Below, in pieces: positions 61,301 through 64,000 of a stretch of 64,000 nucleotides of DNA (position 1 is the first letter of the stretch; each line of letters opens with the position of its first letter). Source of the DNA: Caecitellus pseudoparvulus (Eukaryota > Protista > Bigyra: Bicosoecida); the NCBI GenBank assembly GCA_965644315.1, contig CBFFRQ010000031.1:558001-622000 (forward strand), given 5' to 3'. The notes below the pieces were generated by a model that was given only the letters and a program-made list of their open reading frames with translations, was not told the origin of the DNA and did not search any database. The translations under genes and the position numbers were made by a program.

Positions 61301-61516
61301 CGAGCAAGTGAAAACCACGAAGTCGATTACTTTCTGGCAGGCTACCTTGCACCCAGAGACGGGAAGGACGCGGAGTACCATTGAGCAATAGGCCGACCGA
61401 AACGCCGCTGCATCGCCCGTGCTCATGTGAAGCTTTCTGAGCCTTGCAGCTCCACGACGGTGTGATGAAGAGCTCTGTTGGGCTGATTGAAACACTTCTG
61501 AAACTGCTACCTCCAT
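58361..61516 (-). CDS. NCAPG: Condensin complex subunit G (CAP-G/Ycg1), HEAT-repeat protein
   Basis: Exons 61516-61253, 61183-61080, 61013-60843 and 60776-58361 (about 985 aa). Motifs VFQSAQQSSSSHRR, KDKAVRLRCC, RSKDKLVGVRSAAIRALQRLQ, DPSPQARLAAL, ERVQDTSPDVRAAA, ALGLRCVGLY, IAAEGLAK and QALSVFLP. Confidence 0.88.
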
Positions 61517-61719
61517 GCTTGGCGCCGAGTAGGTGAGGGAGCAGAAAGATCACAGCCCCAAACTTGCCTGGCCTGGCGCGTAGGCGTGCAGCGTGGGGTC
61601 AGGACGCGACAACTTGCCACAGTGGGAGACAGTGTCTGTTTCAAAGGAAGTGTGTGTAAATGAAGGGGGTTTGAATTGTGAAACAGTTACTGCTGTGGTC
61701 TGGACACTCCAAAGGGGCG

Positions 61720-64000
61720 TCAGCCTGACCTCCCTCGCCAGGAAGCAGTGCTCGACTCCGTCGAAGACTTCAGTGTCGATGACGTGAAGCGGTTTACGAT
61801 GGCTTGCAGCTCGCTCTGAACGGATGGCATTCGAGACACAAGGGGCTCCGAAAAGGCTGTAAGCAATATCCGAGAAGCTTTGACAGTCCTGCCGAGCGAT
61901 GTGACGAGTTGCAAGTAGGCCGGCGCGACCACCAGCAAAAACAATATCACGAAGCATATCGTGATGACGAGCTCAGCCGTGCTCGTTGTAGCAAGCCTCA
62001 TCTCTGCCTTATCTTGAAAAGACACAGACAACGCGTCGTAGGCCCACCTCAAGTGCGGCTCCTCGAAGCCAGCAATGGAGTGCAAGGCAGTCACTGCCGG
62101 GGAAATACTCACTATGTCTGAGGCAGTGAGGGACGCATTTTCGCTGGGGATGAAAGCCAGTACCCGCCGTATCGATGAAAGTAAAGAGTGCGTGGCCGGC
62201 AGAGCACCACGCGTGACAGTCCCGTTGGCGAAGACTGGGCAGCCTGGCTGCGGGCTTCGAAGGCAGCCGTCCAAGAGCAGGAGGGAGAAAGCGAATCCCG
62301 TCGAGTCCAAGGGGTGCAAGGTGTCAACCCCCTCGCCTAAATCCAAAGGCACAAACTCTGTGCCTGACACCATTGCTTGCAGTGACCGGAAGGCTGACCC
62401 TTGGAGCTCCACTAAGGACCTTTCAGTCTGCACGCGACGAGAACTAGTCGCTTCAGAGAACAACGTTCCGACCGCAATTTGCATGTCCAGCTGAATCCCT
62501 TGGCTGCTTTGAGCAAGATAGAGGCGCTGGACGTCTTGCTGGACATCTTGCAAGGTTGTGGTCTCCAAAACGTAGTACACTCCGAGCCAGACGATCAAGG
62601 AAGCCACGGGAGCTTGGACCTTCGCAATGGTCCACTGCATCCAGTTCGCGCTGTCACTGCCTGTCCTTCGCTGGGCACCCACTCTAGGCTTTGCATCAGC
62701 CCGTGCCGCAGCGTCTGTACCTGCAAGACCCCCTGACCGGCGAAGATGCTTCTTTTTCTTCTCAACTGCAAACAACTGGTCCCAATCAGGCTCCCCCGTC
62801 CCATCTTCAACCGACACAGGGCTCAGGACCTGAGATGTGGACTTGCTTTGCTTCTTGTGCCAGTCAGCTTCAACCCCTAGGGCCTGGGAGCTTGGAGCGA
62901 GCCTTCCCTCTTCCTCCTCACCCTCCCCGTCAGAGTCAGAGTCACCATGCTCTGAACCGTTGCCGCCCTGCGCAGTGTAGTCTACATCGCCGATCATCTC
63001 ATCTGCAACGCGGCGCAAGTGAGCAGACAGCATGTCTGCCGTCAAGTCGCGCATGCGCCCGGCTGCCGCAGTCGGGACGTCAAGGAAAACAGACAGCGCC
63101 GACAAACGGTCCTGCGCCAAGCGCTTCACCAAGACGAAGAATGCGATTGCAACAGCAATGAACACAACAACAAAAATCGCTGCCACAAACAAAATCGTTA
63201 GGACTTCAAGTCCGTTGAAGTACTCAATGAGGTCGGCAAATTTGTGCTCCATTGACTCATCAAAAGCTGCAGCCTGCGCTGGTTGGTTGGACAAAACCTC
63301 CAGCAGTATAGGGAGAGACGAACCATTTGGAGCAATTTCATCAGCGCTCGCAAAACGAAGCACGTGAAGCCCGGAAAGCAAACTCTCAGTGGCTTCCGCG
63401 GGGTTCATGACAGACGAAGCTCCACCCGACGCAACCCTTGGAATGCTGCGTGTGGTCTCATACGCTAGCTGCTTGCCTCCAAGGATCTGGATGTCAGCGC
63501 TCAGCCGCTCTTTGACGGAGTCCAGTTCCAGAGTTAGGCCTGTGAGCAGTGTGGAGTGGTTCTGGAAAGTCCGGTCTGGGCGGTTGAGTGGGCTGTGCTC
63601 CTGCGCTTGGAGTTGCAAGGCCTTCACTTCCAGCAGCGTCTGGCGCGACAGAATAGCTCGACGTCCCCCGTCATACAACGAGCTGGTGTGCAAGCGACCA
63701 ATGCCAGTCGCGACAAGCTGTTGTGCCATGAGGGCAACAGCGATCACGGGAACGATTGCAAAGAGCGCGTACAAAATGTAGCGCATGCGCATGATGGCAA
63801 GGTCCGTAACCAAGCGCTGTGCGTCGATTACCTTGCGAATCATTGCTGCGTGAGCAGACTTCTTCTGGTCGCGCTGATGCTGTTGCTGGCTTTCAGCATG
63901 AGCCCGCCCCTGCCCTGCCGCCGGTACCTCAGCAACAACTAGCGCATCAGAGCCCTCCGCGGGGCTCGCAACTTGTTTGCTTTCTTTGCTTGGTCGAACG
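61720..64000 (-). CDS. C-terminal part of a TmcB/TmcC ('tiny macrocysts')-like multipass membrane protein (5' end outside window)
   Basis: The frame of ORF 63843-61720 stays open to the window edge. It has two TM-loop-TM modules, each followed by an amphipathic tail (LVKRLAQDRLSALSVFLDVP; LVTSLGRTVKASRILLTAFSEPLVSRMPSV), as in TmcB-like proteins. The PAS domain expected upstream is not in view. Confidence 0.6.
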   Translation of the reverse strand, partial: VRPSKESKQVASPAEGSDALVVAEVPAAGQGRAHAESQQQHQRDQKKSAHAAMIRKVIDAQRLVTDLAIMRMRYILYALFAIVPVIAVALMAQQLVATGIGRLHTSSLYDGGRRAILSRQTLLEVKALQLQAQEHSPLNRPDRTFQNHSTLLTGLTLELDSVKERLSADIQILGGKQLAYETTRSIPRVASGGASSVMNPAEATESLLSGLHVLRFASADEIAPNGSSLPILLEVLSNQPAQAAAFDESMEHKFADLIEYFNGLEVLTILFVAAIFVVVFIAVAIAFFVLVKRLAQDRLSALSVFLDVPTAAAGRMRDLTADMLSAHLRRVADEMIGDVDYTAQGGNGSEHGDSDSDGEGEEEEGRLAPSSQALGVEADWHKKQSKSTSQVLSPVSVEDGTGEPDWDQLFAVEKKKKHLRRSGGLAGTDAAARADAKPRVGAQRRTGSDSANWMQWTIAKVQAPVASLIVWLGVYYVLETTTLQDVQQDVQRLYLAQSSQGIQLDMQIAVGTLFSEATSSRRVQTERSLVELQGSAFRSLQAMVSGTEFVPLDLGEGVDTLHPLDSTGFAFSLLLLDGCLRSPQPGCPVFANGTVTRGALPATHSLLSSIRRVLAFIPSENASLTASDIVSISPAVTALHSIAGFEEPHLRWAYDALSVSFQDKAEMRLATTSTAELVITICFVILFLLVVAPAYLQLVTSLGRTVKASRILLTAFSEPLVSRMPSVQSELQAIVNRFTSSTLKSSTESSTASWRGRSG

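Noticed and set aside
1-64000. Prokaryotic operon, alternative genetic code, tRNA/rRNA genes
   Set aside because: The genes are eukaryotic with GT-AG introns, and TAA, TAG and TGA all act as stops at plausible gene ends. I recognised no structured RNA gene in the short intergenic gaps, although a covariance-model scan was not possible.

Overview
This is compact, GC-rich eukaryotic nuclear DNA from a flagellated protist. A stramenopile-like origin is my inference from gene content and architecture, not something the sequence proves. Genes are densely packed (gaps from a 4-nt overlap to about 490 bp) and carry short GT-AG introns (about 65-165 nt, often GTGCGT/GTGAGT donors) clustered at their 5' ends. 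I reconstructed 13 protein-coding genes by hand. In order: a partial Sfi1-like centrin-binding repeat protein (missed by the ORF track), CCT7, STE24, a PUP/DMT-type transporter, POC1, an HtrA/Deg protease, DRG1, SPAG6/PF16, RTEL1, an orphan with LSMT/SETD6 substrate-binding-like segments, a giant receptor-like gene, condensin CAP-G, and the 3' part of a TmcB-like membrane protein. The standout is the about 11,700-aa protein encoded almost entirely by one 34.7-kb stop-free exon. Its order is signal peptide, TSP1, dozens of IPT/TIG-like domains (including a 656-bp ~99% identical internal duplication), a block of 'EVQ/GG-F-L' repeats, more IPT domains, GCC2/GCC3 Cys-rich repeats, about 9-11 transmembrane helices, and a cytoplasmic tail with paired CxxC, W-L-x-x-A repeats and coiled coil. 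This recalls a single-chain combination of the alveolate CRMP and TSP1/MIC15-type exocytosis-trigger proteins (inference). RTEL1 and its convergent neighbour end on overlapping TAG codons in one CTAG palindrome. No rRNA, tRNA, CRISPR or mobile element was recognised. All family assignments come from motif recognition; no searches were run.
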